Assembly (NCBI GenBank): GCA_016184305.1
Contig: JACPCX010000046.1
Coordinates: 1 to 14,951 of the forward strand
Origin: Candidatus Rokuibacteriota bacterium
GTDB taxonomy: Bacteria; Methylomirabilota; Methylomirabilia; Rokubacteriales; CSP1-6
Reading direction: 5' to 3'
DNA length: 14,951 nt
Shown piece after piece: positions 1 to 6,881 of the stretch (positions within the stretch are counted from its first letter, which is position 1; each line of letters starts with the position of its first letter). The position numbers and the translations under genes are program-made. The notes beneath the pieces are model-generated. The model worked only from the letters and a program-made list of their open reading frames with translations. It did not search any database and was not told the DNA's origin.

Positions 1-907
1 GCTCGAGCTGATCCATGCCCCAGTGCAGCGGGTTCAGCACCACGTGCTCGACGCCTCCCAGCGCCGCGATCTTCCCCCGGATCTTCTCCGCGACCTCCTC
101 GGCCTCCCCCACCAGGTAGAACTCCTTCCAGTACGGCAGGTCCATCCCCGAGTAGACCGAGAAGTGGGGCACGGCCGCCTCGGGGCGCTCGCCTTTCCTG
201 AGCACGTAGACGAAGTTGGAGTAGACCCGGGTCATGTCCGATGGCTTGCGGCCGAGTTCCCCCATGAAGCGCTGGATCTTCTCCCAGTCGCCCCGCACCA
301 TCTCCGCCGTGGAAGACGAGTGCGGCACCCACGTCTTCGCGTACTTCGCGATGCGCCGGAGCACGGGGTCGATGTTGCTCACGGTCTGGGCGTAGATCTT
401 CTCCGTGGGCTGGGTGCCGCCGCCGATCCAGATGGGCGGGTGCGGCTTCTGGGCGGGCTTCGGGTCGATGGTGACATTGCTGAACCGGTAGTACTTGCCC
501 TGATAGGTCACGTGATCGCCCGCCCAGAGGGCCGTCACCGCCTCGAGCATCTCGTCCATGCGCCGGCCGCGCTCCCTGTGAGGCACGCCCATGAGGGCGA
601 ACTCCTCCTCGTGCCAGCCGACGCCCACGCCCAGGATGCTGCGACCGCCGGAGAGCAGATCGAGCGTCGCCCACTCCTTGGCGAAGGAGGCCGGGTTGCG
701 AAGCGGCAGCACCAGCACCATGGTCCCGAGCTTGATCGTGCGCGTGACGCCCGCCAGCGCCGAGAGCAGCGCCACCGGCTCGAGCCAGGTGCACGCGTAC
801 GCGGGCGGGGTGAGCAGGAGGTGGTCGATGCTCACGGCGCAGTCGAAGCCGAGCGTCGCGGTCTTCGGGCCGAGGGCGAAGCTCGGGAGCCTGAGGCCGA
901 ATTTCAT
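1..907 (-). CDS. LLM-class (luciferase-like) flavin/F420-dependent oxidoreductase, 3' end outside window; probable short in-frame deletion near N-terminus
   Basis: Not in the ORF track (runs off the edge); translated by hand from ATG 907: MKFGLRLPSFALGPKTATLGFDCAVSIDHLL...WLEPVALLSALAGVTRTIKLGTMVLVLPLRNPASFAKEWATLDLLSGGRSILGVGVGWHEEEF...PKPAQKPHPPIWIGGG. These are typical LLM motifs. ATGA overlap with the stop of the upstream gene (904-906). Confidence 0.9.
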   Translation of the reverse strand, partial: MKFGLRLPSFALGPKTATLGFDCAVSIDHLLLTPPAYACTWLEPVALLSALAGVTRTIKLGTMVLVLPLRNPASFAKEWATLDLLSGGRSILGVGVGWHEEEFALMGVPHRERGRRMDEMLEAVTALWAGDHVTYQGKYYRFSNVTIDPKPAQKPHPPIWIGGGTQPTEKIYAQTVSNIDPVLRRIAKYAKTWVPHSSSTAEMVRGDWEKIQRFMGELGRKPSDMTRVYSNFVYVLRKGERPEAAVPHFSVYSGMDLPYWKEFYLVGEAEEVAEKIRGKIAALGGVEHVVLNPLHWGMDQLE

Positions 908-1473
908 CGCAGACCGTCCTCTTTCTTTGACTCGGCGGCGGTGAGGCCGCCGACGCGGGGGTGCGGCCGCCCGCCGCCGGTGACGGCGAGGGCGACCAGG
1001 ATCTCGTTGGCGCGCGGCGCGTCCGCCAGGCGCACCTCCATCGCGTCGAAGTGGGTGCGGACGAAGGCGGCGTCCTTGTAATGGAGCGGCACGTCGATGG
1101 CCGTGCCGGGCCCGCCGAGCTTCTTCGCCGAGGGAATGATCGCCTTGCCGCCGCCCACCGCGGCCCGGAAGGGCGTGCCGAGCGTCGGGTGGAGGATGGC
1201 CGCCGCGTGCTCGTACTCGCCGTTCTCGCCCACGACGGCCGCCTTGCCGTAGGAGTGCACCGGCGCCCCGAGGGCCGCCACCGCGCGACGGCCCAGCAGA
1301 TCGCCGAGCTCCTCGCCCGTCTTGATCAGCTCCCCGAGGTCCTCGACGAAGCGCCCGGCGAAGGGGTTCTCGATCACGGCCACCGCGACGACCTTCTTGA
1401 TCGGCTTCGCCACGGGCTTGCCGCCATCCTCCACGATCTCCTCGATCACCGTGAGCAGCTTGCGGATCCTCAT
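904..1473 (-). CDS. Amino acid synthesis family protein (DUF1185/AA_synth-like), 189 aa
   Basis: True start ATG 1473 (MRIRKLLTVIEEI), TGATG-coupled to the amidohydrolase stop. Motifs AVIENPFAGRFVEDL, SYGKAAVVGENGEYEHAAAILH, IDVPLHYKDAAFVRTHFDAMEV, DAPRANEI, GGRPHPRVGG. Confidence 0.85.
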   Translation of the reverse strand: MRIRKLLTVIEEIVEDGGKPVAKPIKKVVAVAVIENPFAGRFVEDLGELIKTGEELGDLLGRRAVAALGAPVHSYGKAAVVGENGEYEHAAAILHPTLGTPFRAAVGGGKAIIPSAKKLGGPGTAIDVPLHYKDAAFVRTHFDAMEVRLADAPRANEILVALAVTGGGRPHPRVGGLTAAESKKEDGLR

Positions 1474-2654
1474 CAGTGTCCTCCCCCTCCCGGGCCATGG
1501 CCCTTCACCACCTCGGCGGCGCGCGCCGCCGGCGGCGTGTTGCGGCTGCGCCCGATCCTGATCTGCCCGTCGATCAGCACCATGGAGATCCCGAAGAGAT
1601 CGCCGGCCCTGAGCGCCTCCAGCGCGGTGGCTCCCACCGAGCCCGTGGGCGCGTCCACGACGCAGAGGTCCGCCTCCCGCCCGGCGGCGATGACGCCCAC
1701 CGGCAGGTGATAGACGCGCGCCGTGTTGCCGGTGGCCATGCACACCGCCTCCTCCGGGCTCACGCCGCCCAGCGAGGTGAGATGCGCGATGACGCGCAGG
1801 ATGCCGAGGGGCACCACGCCCGTGCCCGAGGGCGCGTCATTGCCGATGATGATGCGGTGGAGCGCGCGGGCTTCTCGCGCGCGCCCGAGCGTGTGGAGCG
1901 CCGTCTTGCCATTGCCGCAGTGGACGATCTCGAGCGCCATCTCCGTCGCCACCAGCGAGTCGATGTCGCGCTCGCTCATGGAGGTGGTGCCGCCGTTGAT
2001 GTGCCCCACCACGTGCGGATCCGCCTCGAGCACCACCTCCGCGCTGATGGGGCTCGAGCCGGCGATGGAGGGCCCGCCCGTATGGATGGTGACGGTCATG
2101 CCGTGCTTCTTGGCCCAGCGGACCATGGGGGCGGCGTCCTTGCCCGTCCTCACCGAGCCGAGCCCGATCTCGCCCACGAGCGTGACGCCGGCGCGGGCCA
2201 TCTCGGCGAAGTCCTCCTCGACCAGCCCCAGCTCGAGGATCGGGGCGCCCGCGTGGACCTTGACGCCCGACGGGCGCAGGTTCGCATAGGCCTTGGCCGC
2301 CACGATGGCCAGCGCCTTGAGCCCGACCACGTCCTTCGGGCGTCCCGGGAGATGCACCTCGCCCGCCGAGATCATGGTGGTGAGCCCCCCATGGAGCCCG
2401 GAGTCGATGAAGTCCACGGTGCGCTGGCGGGGGGTGAAGTCGCCGAAGACCGGATGGCAATGCGAGTCGATGAGCCCCGGGGTCACCGTGGTGCCCCTGG
2501 CGTCGATCACCGTGTCCGCGTCGGCGTCGGCGTCGAGCCCCGTTCCCACGGCCGCGATCTTCCCGTCCTGGATGACGATGCAGTCGCCGTCGAGCAGCGG
2601 GCTGGCGATGTCGCCCGAGACGATCTGCCCGATGTTCCTGATCACGGTCTTCAT
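1473..2654 (-). CDS. ena: Enamidase-like binuclear metal amidohydrolase, 393 aa
   Basis: Collinear, by recall, with Eubacterium barkeri enamidase: IRNIGQIVSGDI, PGLIDSHCH (HxH), PRQRTVDFI, HGGLTTMISAG, PGRPKD, GEIGLG, HTGGPSI, GHINGG, GNDAPSGTG, SRNTPPA. GGAGGA Shine-Dalgarno upstream. Confidence 0.85.
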   Translation of the reverse strand: MKTVIRNIGQIVSGDIASPLLDGDCIVIQDGKIAAVGTGLDADADADTVIDARGTTVTPGLIDSHCHPVFGDFTPRQRTVDFIDSGLHGGLTTMISAGEVHLPGRPKDVVGLKALAIVAAKAYANLRPSGVKVHAGAPILELGLVEEDFAEMARAGVTLVGEIGLGSVRTGKDAAPMVRWAKKHGMTVTIHTGGPSIAGSSPISAEVVLEADPHVVGHINGGTTSMSERDIDSLVATEMALEIVHCGNGKTALHTLGRAREARALHRIIIGNDAPSGTGVVPLGILRVIAHLTSLGGVSPEEAVCMATGNTARVYHLPVGVIAAGREADLCVVDAPTGSVGATALEALRAGDLFGISMVLIDGQIRIGRSRNTPPAARAAEVVKGHGPGGGGH

Positions 2655-2677
2655 GGTGAGTCTCTCTCCTCCTGTCT

Positions 2678-2712
2678 CCCTCTCCCTCCCAGGGAGAGGG
2701 CCGGGGTGAGGG
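2678..2712. repeat. BoxC-like / intrastrand-triplex-type extragenic palindrome
   Basis: CCCTCTCCCT-ccc-AGGGAGAGGG (perfect 10-bp stem) followed by cc-GGGGTGAGGG, lying between the DUF169 and enamidase genes. Confidence 0.75.
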
Positions 2713-2757
2713 TCGGGGGCCTCGTCCTCACACCGTGGGATCCGGTTGCGGTGAGGC

Positions 2758-3543
2758 TCATCCGCTCCGGCTCCTGTCCGCGTAGCTCACCGCGAGCCCC
2801 GCCGCGGCGTCCGACTGGATGCCGAAGGGCGGCGCCGGGTAGCGGAAGCCGTTCTTCGACAGCGCCGCCAGCCCTTCGAGCGCCCCGGGCAGGAAGCGCG
2901 GCGGGATGGCCATGAGCAGCTCATCGTCGGCCACGCCGCCGTAGCGCCGCTCGGCGTAGCAGGGAATCGTCAGCGCGGGCTCGCCCGTCCTGAGCGCCTT
3001 TCCCCACGAGTCGGCGCAGGCCGACTCTCCGACGGAGGTGAACTGCATCTTCCGGTAGCCCGTCCACTGCAGCCCGTTGATCAGGAAGATCATCTGCCCG
3101 GGCGTGCCGTAGATGAGGCAGATGTCCGGGGGGGTGAGCCGTCCGGAGGTGAGCGGGGACACGGCCATGGCGCGGTAGCGGCCATGGGGCACGCAGTCCA
3201 TGGCGTGCTGGTGGGCGCTGGCGTCCTCGATCGTCTTGAACCAGACCCCGGCCATCCGCTGCCCCGACAGCCACTCGTCGTCCTGCGGGTGGAGCCCGAT
3301 CACCGCCCCGCATTGCGGGCCCACCAGGTCCGCCATGGTGATGCCCACCGTCCACCCGAGCTGGCGCGCCTGGGCGACGATCTGGTCAGTGGTGTGCTTG
3401 ACCTTCGGCCGCCGGATCTTGGGGATGGCCTCCATCGCCTCCACGGTCTCGAAGAGCTTCATCCCGATGGGGATCGAGCGGAGCCGGAGGTACTGGTTGA
3501 GCCCGTTGACGATGGCGTCGAAGTCATGGGTCTCGGCGGTCAT
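2758..3543 (-). CDS. DUF169 domain-containing protein, ~261 aa
   Basis: Start most likely ATG 3543 (MTAETHDF; AAAGGG upstream). Motifs LRLRSIPIGMK, QCGAVIGL, PPDICLIYGTPGQM, GESACADSWG, IPCYAERRYGGVADDELLMAIP fit DUF169 (recalled family pattern). Confidence 0.75.
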   Translation of the reverse strand: MTAETHDFDAIVNGLNQYLRLRSIPIGMKLFETVEAMEAIPKIRRPKVKHTTDQIVAQARQLGWTVGITMADLVGPQCGAVIGLHPQDDEWLSGQRMAGVWFKTIEDASAHQHAMDCVPHGRYRAMAVSPLTSGRLTPPDICLIYGTPGQMIFLINGLQWTGYRKMQFTSVGESACADSWGKALRTGEPALTIPCYAERRYGGVADDELLMAIPPRFLPGALEGLAALSKNGFRYPAPPFGIQSDAAAGLAVSYADRSRSG

Positions 3544-3663
3544 GGGTTGCCCTTTCATATGCGCGCGCATGGGTCCGGCGCGCCCGGGGGATCAGAAGGC
3601 TGTGGGCTCCGTCGAGCGCTCACCGGGGACCCGGGGAGCGCGGTCAGCAGGCGAGCGCGACAG

Positions 3664-4431
3664 CTAGTTGCGCTCTTCCGGGGAGAGAACGCGAGCCTCG
3701 AGCCGCAGGAAGCGCCGGTCCACTTTCGCGAACTCCTCATGGACCTCGGCGCGAAAGCTGTCGTGCTTCCGGTCCAGCGTGAGGACGCCTTCGGCCACGA
3801 TCTCGAGCGCGCTCCGCTGGGCCTCGCCAACCACTTCGAAGTGACGGCGCGTCTGGACTCCTTCAGCCTGGATCTGCCGCCCGAGCTCCGCGGCAATGGC
3901 CTCGGTGTGGGCCCGGCTGCGGGCCTCGGCCGCGGCGATCTCCTCCCGGAGCTGCGCGGCAACAGCCTCGGTGTGGGCCCGGGTGCGGGCCTCGGCTGCG
4001 GCGATCTCCTCCCGGAGCTGCGCGGCAACAGCCTCGGCGTGGGCCCGGCTGCGGGCCTCGGCTGCGGCGATCTCCTCCCGGAGCTGCGCGGCAACAGCCT
4101 CGGTGTGGGCCCAGCTGCGGGCCTCGGCTGCCCCGATCTCCTCGAGCAGCTCCCGGCGGAGCCCGGCAACGAGGGCTTCCGTGTGGGCCCGGCTCCGCGC
4201 CTCGGCTGCCACGATCTCCTGGAGCACTTCCCGGCGGAGCCCGGCAACGAGGGCCTCGGTGTGGGCCCGGCTCCGCGCCTCGGCTGCCGCGATCTCCTGG
4301 AGCACTTCCCGGCGCAGCCCGGCAACGAGGGCCCCGGTGTGGGCCCGGCTCCGCGCCTCCGCCCCCGTGATCGCAGCGAGGACATCGCGGCGGAGCCGGT
4401 CGAGGGTGGTGGCGCTCCGTCTCCTGGCCAT
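3664..4431 (-). CDS. Hypothetical alpha-helical tandem-repeat protein, 255 aa
   Basis: Seven AEARSRAHT-type cores, Ala/Glu/Arg-rich, with a non-repetitive C-terminus (TRRHFEVVGEAQRSALEIVAEGV...VDRRFLRLEARV). TTGACA lies 29 nt upstream of the ATG. Confidence 0.75.
   Translation of the reverse strand: MARRRSATTLDRLRRDVLAAITGAEARSRAHTGALVAGLRREVLQEIAAAEARSRAHTEALVAGLRREVLQEIVAAEARSRAHTEALVAGLRRELLEEIGAAEARSWAHTEAVAAQLREEIAAAEARSRAHAEAVAAQLREEIAAAEARTRAHTEAVAAQLREEIAAAEARSRAHTEAIAAELGRQIQAEGVQTRRHFEVVGEAQRSALEIVAEGVLTLDRKHDSFRAEVHEEFAKVDRRFLRLEARVLSPEERN
3893..4400 (-). repeat. Intragenic tandem repeat: 3 x 78-bp units followed by 3 x 66-bp units
   Basis: Core-to-core spacing is 26 aa (VAGLRREVLQEIAAAEARSRAHTEAL) three times, then 22 aa (AAQLREEIAAAEARSRAHTEAV) three times. 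Units are near-identical at DNA level. Boundaries approximate. Confidence 0.9.
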
Positions 4432-4436
4432 GGGCG

Positions 4437-4485
4437 ATCCTCGTCCAGGAGAGGCGGCCGTGTCAATCGTATCCGTCCCGATACG
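4437..4485 (-). promoter_or_regulatory. Putative sigma70 promoter of the repeat-protein gene with an upstream palindrome
   Basis: Minus strand TTGACA (4466-4461), 18 nt, GAGGAT, 5 nt, ATG. Palindrome CGTATC-N6-GATACG at 4468-4485. Confidence 0.4.
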
Positions 4486-4646
4486 CCGAGGATCTCTGCG
4501 GCGTGGCGCTTCGCCGACTCCTGCATGGCGACGATTCTGTCAGATGGGCCGGGGCGCCGCAACCCGCCCGCCGCGCTCGCGGCGCCAGCCCGGGGCAGTC
4601 GCGAACGCCACCCGCCCGCTCCCGGGTGGCTCCGTTCACGGTGGCG

Positions 4647-5351
4647 CTAGCGCCGGACGCCCAGGTGCCGCAGCAGCACCTCGGGCTCGGCGCTGAGCTC
4701 GGCGGGCGTGGCCTCGCGCACGACCCGGCCCGTCTCGATGATGGCGATCCGATCGGCGACCCTGAGGGCGGCGTCCACCTTCTGCTCCACCAGGAGGATC
4801 CCCACCCCGCGCGCCCTGAGCGTCACCACGGCATCCAGCAGGCGATCCACCAGCGAGGGCATCAGCCCCTCGCTCGGCTCGTCCATCAGGAGCACCGCCG
4901 GCCGGGCGCAGAGCGCCCGCGCCGTGGCCAGCATCTGCTGCTGGCCGCCGGAGAGCGTTCCCGCGCTCTGGCGCAGCCGCTCCCGGAGCACCGGGAACAG
5001 ATCGAGCACAGGGTCCAGCGTCTCGGCGCCGCCGCCGCGCACTAGGAGGCCCATCCGCAGGTTCTCCTCCACCGTGAGATACGGAAAGAGCCGCCTGCCC
5101 TGGGGGACATAGGCGATCCCGTGGCGAGGGATCTCGTGGGCGGGAAGAGGCCCGAGCTCGGTCCCGTCCAGCGCGATGCGGCCGGAGCGCGGGCGCAAGA
5201 GCCCCATGATGGCCCTGAGCGTCGTCGTCTTGCCCGCGCCGTTCCGGCCCAGCAGCCCCAGCACCTCGCCCGCCTCGAGCCTGAGCGAGACGTCCCGCAG
5301 CACGTGGCTCTCGCCGTAGTAGCAGTTGACGCGATCGAGGATGAGCGTCAT
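4647..5351 (-). CDS. livF: Branched-chain amino acid (HAAT)-type ABC transporter ATP-binding protein, LivF-like
   Basis: Walker A GRNGAGKTT, YVPQGRRLF, signature LSGGQQQML, Walker B LLMDEPSEGL, H-loop LLVEQ. Confidence 0.93.
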   Translation of the reverse strand: MTLILDRVNCYYGESHVLRDVSLRLEAGEVLGLLGRNGAGKTTTLRAIMGLLRPRSGRIALDGTELGPLPAHEIPRHGIAYVPQGRRLFPYLTVEENLRMGLLVRGGGAETLDPVLDLFPVLRERLRQSAGTLSGGQQQMLATARALCARPAVLLMDEPSEGLMPSLVDRLLDAVVTLRARGVGILLVEQKVDAALRVADRIAIIETGRVVREATPAELSAEPEVLLRHLGVRR

Positions 5352-6062
5352 CGGCCGAGATAGGCCCGCTGGACTTCAGGATGCGCCTCGATCTCTCGCG
5401 GGTTGCCCTCGGCGATGATCCGGCCGGCGTCCATCACCGTCACCCGGCTCGCCAGCTCCAGGACCACTCCCATGTTGTGCTCGATGAGGAGCACCGTGGC
5501 CACGCGGGCCAGATCCCGCACGAGCCGGCACAGCGCCTCGATGTCCTCGGGCCAGGATGAGCAGCTCCGGTGTGAGCGCCATGGCCATGGCGACTTCCAG
5601 CGCCCGCTGATGGCCATAGGCCAGCGCCCCGGCCTGCTGGTCACGCAGGCCGCCGAGCCCCACGGTGTCGAGCGCGGCCTCCGTGTCCGCAACCACAACC
5701 TCGCGGTCCAGCGCCATCCAGTCTGCGAGCCGTCTCAGCCGGCGCCGCTGCGCCGCCAGCGCCACGTTGTCGAACACGGACAGGCTCCGGTAGATGCTGG
5801 TGACCTGGAACGTGTAGACGATCCCGAGATTCGCCCGGTCCCACGCCCGCAGCCCCGTGACGTCGCGCCCGGCGAAGAACACCCGCCCCGAGGTCGGGCC
5901 GAGGCGACCGCTGATCAGGCTCACCAGCGTCGTCTTGCCGGCGCCGTTGGGGCCGATCAGCGCGCGCACCTCGCCTCGGTCGAGGCTGAAGTCCACGGCG
6001 CTCACCGCTTCAAGCCCGCCGAAGCGCTTCGAGAGCGCGCGCGTCTCCAGGAGCGGCGTCAC
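5348..6062 (-). pseudogene. livG: LivG-like ABC ATPase with a frameshifting deletion through Walker B
   Basis: GTG 6062: MTPLLETRALSKRFGGL...GPNGAGKTT...LAYGHQRALEVAMAMALTPELLIL. The frame then shifts at ~5551/5552 and resumes as PEDIEALCRL...VLLIEHNMGVVLELASRVTVMDAGRIIAEGNPREIEAHPEVQRAYLG. The expected DEPxxGL is missing from both frames. Confidence 0.88.
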
Positions 6063-6110
6063 GGGAGCCACCGCGTCCGGATGCCGCCCACGATGACGGC
6101 CGGCGCCCAG
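6040..6110. repeat. Left copy of the direct repeat bounding the 1.5-kb insert (livM 3' end + livG 5' end)
   Basis: Matches 7625-7704 at 67 of 71 aligned positions plus one 9-bp gap. The first 25 bp (cgcgtctccaggagcggcgtcacgg) are identical. Confidence 0.92.
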
Positions 6111-6187
6111 CAGCGGAGGATCCGCTCGGCGCGGACGGAACTGGCTGCAGTGGGTGTGCGCGCGTGCATGTCTCGGCGGCTGGCTGC

Positions 6188-6448
6188 TCAGCGATATGCG
6201 TCCCGGCGGTGGCGCACCGCAACGACGTCGACCACCTTTGCGCCATCGTCTACGCTGTAGAGCACGCGGTACTCACCGACCCGGATCCGCCACAACCTCT
6301 CCTCGCCCCGCAGCTTCCGACACCCAGGAGGTCGTGCATCATCCGAAAGCCCCAGGATCCTCGCCCAGAGGCGAGCCACTAGGCGCGCGTCGAGCGCCTC
6401 GAGCTCACGCCGCGCCGATCGGGAGAACGTGATCTGGTAGCGAGTCAC
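6188..6448 (-). CDS. relE: Type II toxin, RelE/StbE family, 86 aa
   Basis: GTG 6448 overlaps the antitoxin stop (GTGA). YQITFSRSARRELEAL...RPPGCRKLRGEERLWRIRVGEYRVLYSVDDGAKVVDVVAVRHRRDAYR is the RelE/StbE pattern. Confidence 0.92.
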   Translation of the reverse strand: MTRYQITFSRSARRELEALDARLVARLWARILGLSDDARPPGCRKLRGEERLWRIRVGEYRVLYSVDDGAKVVDVVAVRHRRDAYR

Positions 6449-6648
6449 CTCGACGCGTCCAAGCGCAGTTTTCCCGCCTTGATCAGCCTCCGCTTCACCT
6501 TCTCGAGGGTCTCTCGCGGCTCCCCCTGGCGCCTGCGGGCCAGGGCCCGGTCGAAGAGGTCCTCCCACAGGTCTCGATTCTTGCGCAGGTCAATGACCAC
6601 GCCCGTCTTGCGACCGCTCTCGTCCACCACGAACTGAACGCCCTTCAC
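6445..6648 (-). CDS. Putative cognate antitoxin, 67 aa
   Basis: GGAGGTGG Shine-Dalgarno before GTG 6648. MKGVQFVVDESGRKTGVVIDLRKNRDLWEDLFDRALARRRQGEPRETLEKVKRRL. Small gene directly upstream of and coupled to the toxin. Confidence 0.8.
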   Translation of the reverse strand: MKGVQFVVDESGRKTGVVIDLRKNRDLWEDLFDRALARRRQGEPRETLEKVKRRLIKAGKLRLDASR

Positions 6649-6706
6649 AGCGCCACCTCCCGTCGGAACGAACCCCGTCTGCCCACCGCCTGTCCCGCGC
6701 CGCCGC

Positions 6707-6765
6707 ATCCAACGCCGGCGGCAAGCGGCCGGCCTCGGCCGGGCCGCCCCGCCGGTGAGTCGGGC
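6707..6765 (-). other. Degenerate integron attC-like recombination site (59 bp)
   Basis: Minus strand: R'' GCCCGAC, 5 nt TCACC, L'' GGCGGGGC (8), GG(C)CCGGCC-GA-GGCCGGCC, L' GCTTGCC (7), 6 nt GCCGGC, R' GTTGGAT (fits GTTRRRY). Spacing and two extrahelical positions follow attC geometry. Confidence 0.6.
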
Positions 6766-6785
6766 TTCACCGGTATCACCGAAGG

Positions 6786-6881
6786 TCAGCGAGATTTTCT
6801 TGTTACTTTTACTTCTTGTTGTTCAAGTCGCTCAATCATTGGCGACTTTTTAGGCAATGCTTGGTTATATAGGTTATCCAT
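6786..6881 (-). CDS. Small AT-rich ORF (31 aa), probably the truncated start of a gene coupled to the seqA-like gene
   Basis: ATG 6881 overlaps the seqA-like stop (ATGGATAA) and has GGAGGA upstream. MDNLYNQALPKKSPMIERLEQQEVKVTRKSR*. Confidence 0.4.
   Translation of the reverse strand: MDNLYNQALPKKSPMIERLEQQEVKVTRKSR

Noticed and set aside
3893..4400. Possible CRISPR array
   Set aside because: Units are contiguous multiples of 3 (66/78 bp) with no unique spacers, lie inside an ORF, and there are no cas genes. It is a coding tandem repeat.
4603..4637. Hairpin GCCACCCG-N8-CGGGTGGC after livF as an intrinsic terminator
   Set aside because: No U-tract on either side. GC-rich stems of this size arise by chance.
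3544..4646. Direct repeat flanking the repeat-protein gene, like the one around the seqA islet
   Set aside because: Only a short ACGGAGCC-type match (near 3605 and 4630) is visible, which is too weak at this GC content.
5540..5560. Programmed ribosomal frameshift in livG (likewise seqA and MFS)
   Set aside because: No slippery sequence, and conserved residues are physically missing, so recoding could not restore the protein.
6111..6187. Second attC site after the toxin gene
   Set aside because: No RYYYAAC/GTTRRRY boxes with the right spacing, only a small AGCGGA-TCC-TCCGCT hairpin.
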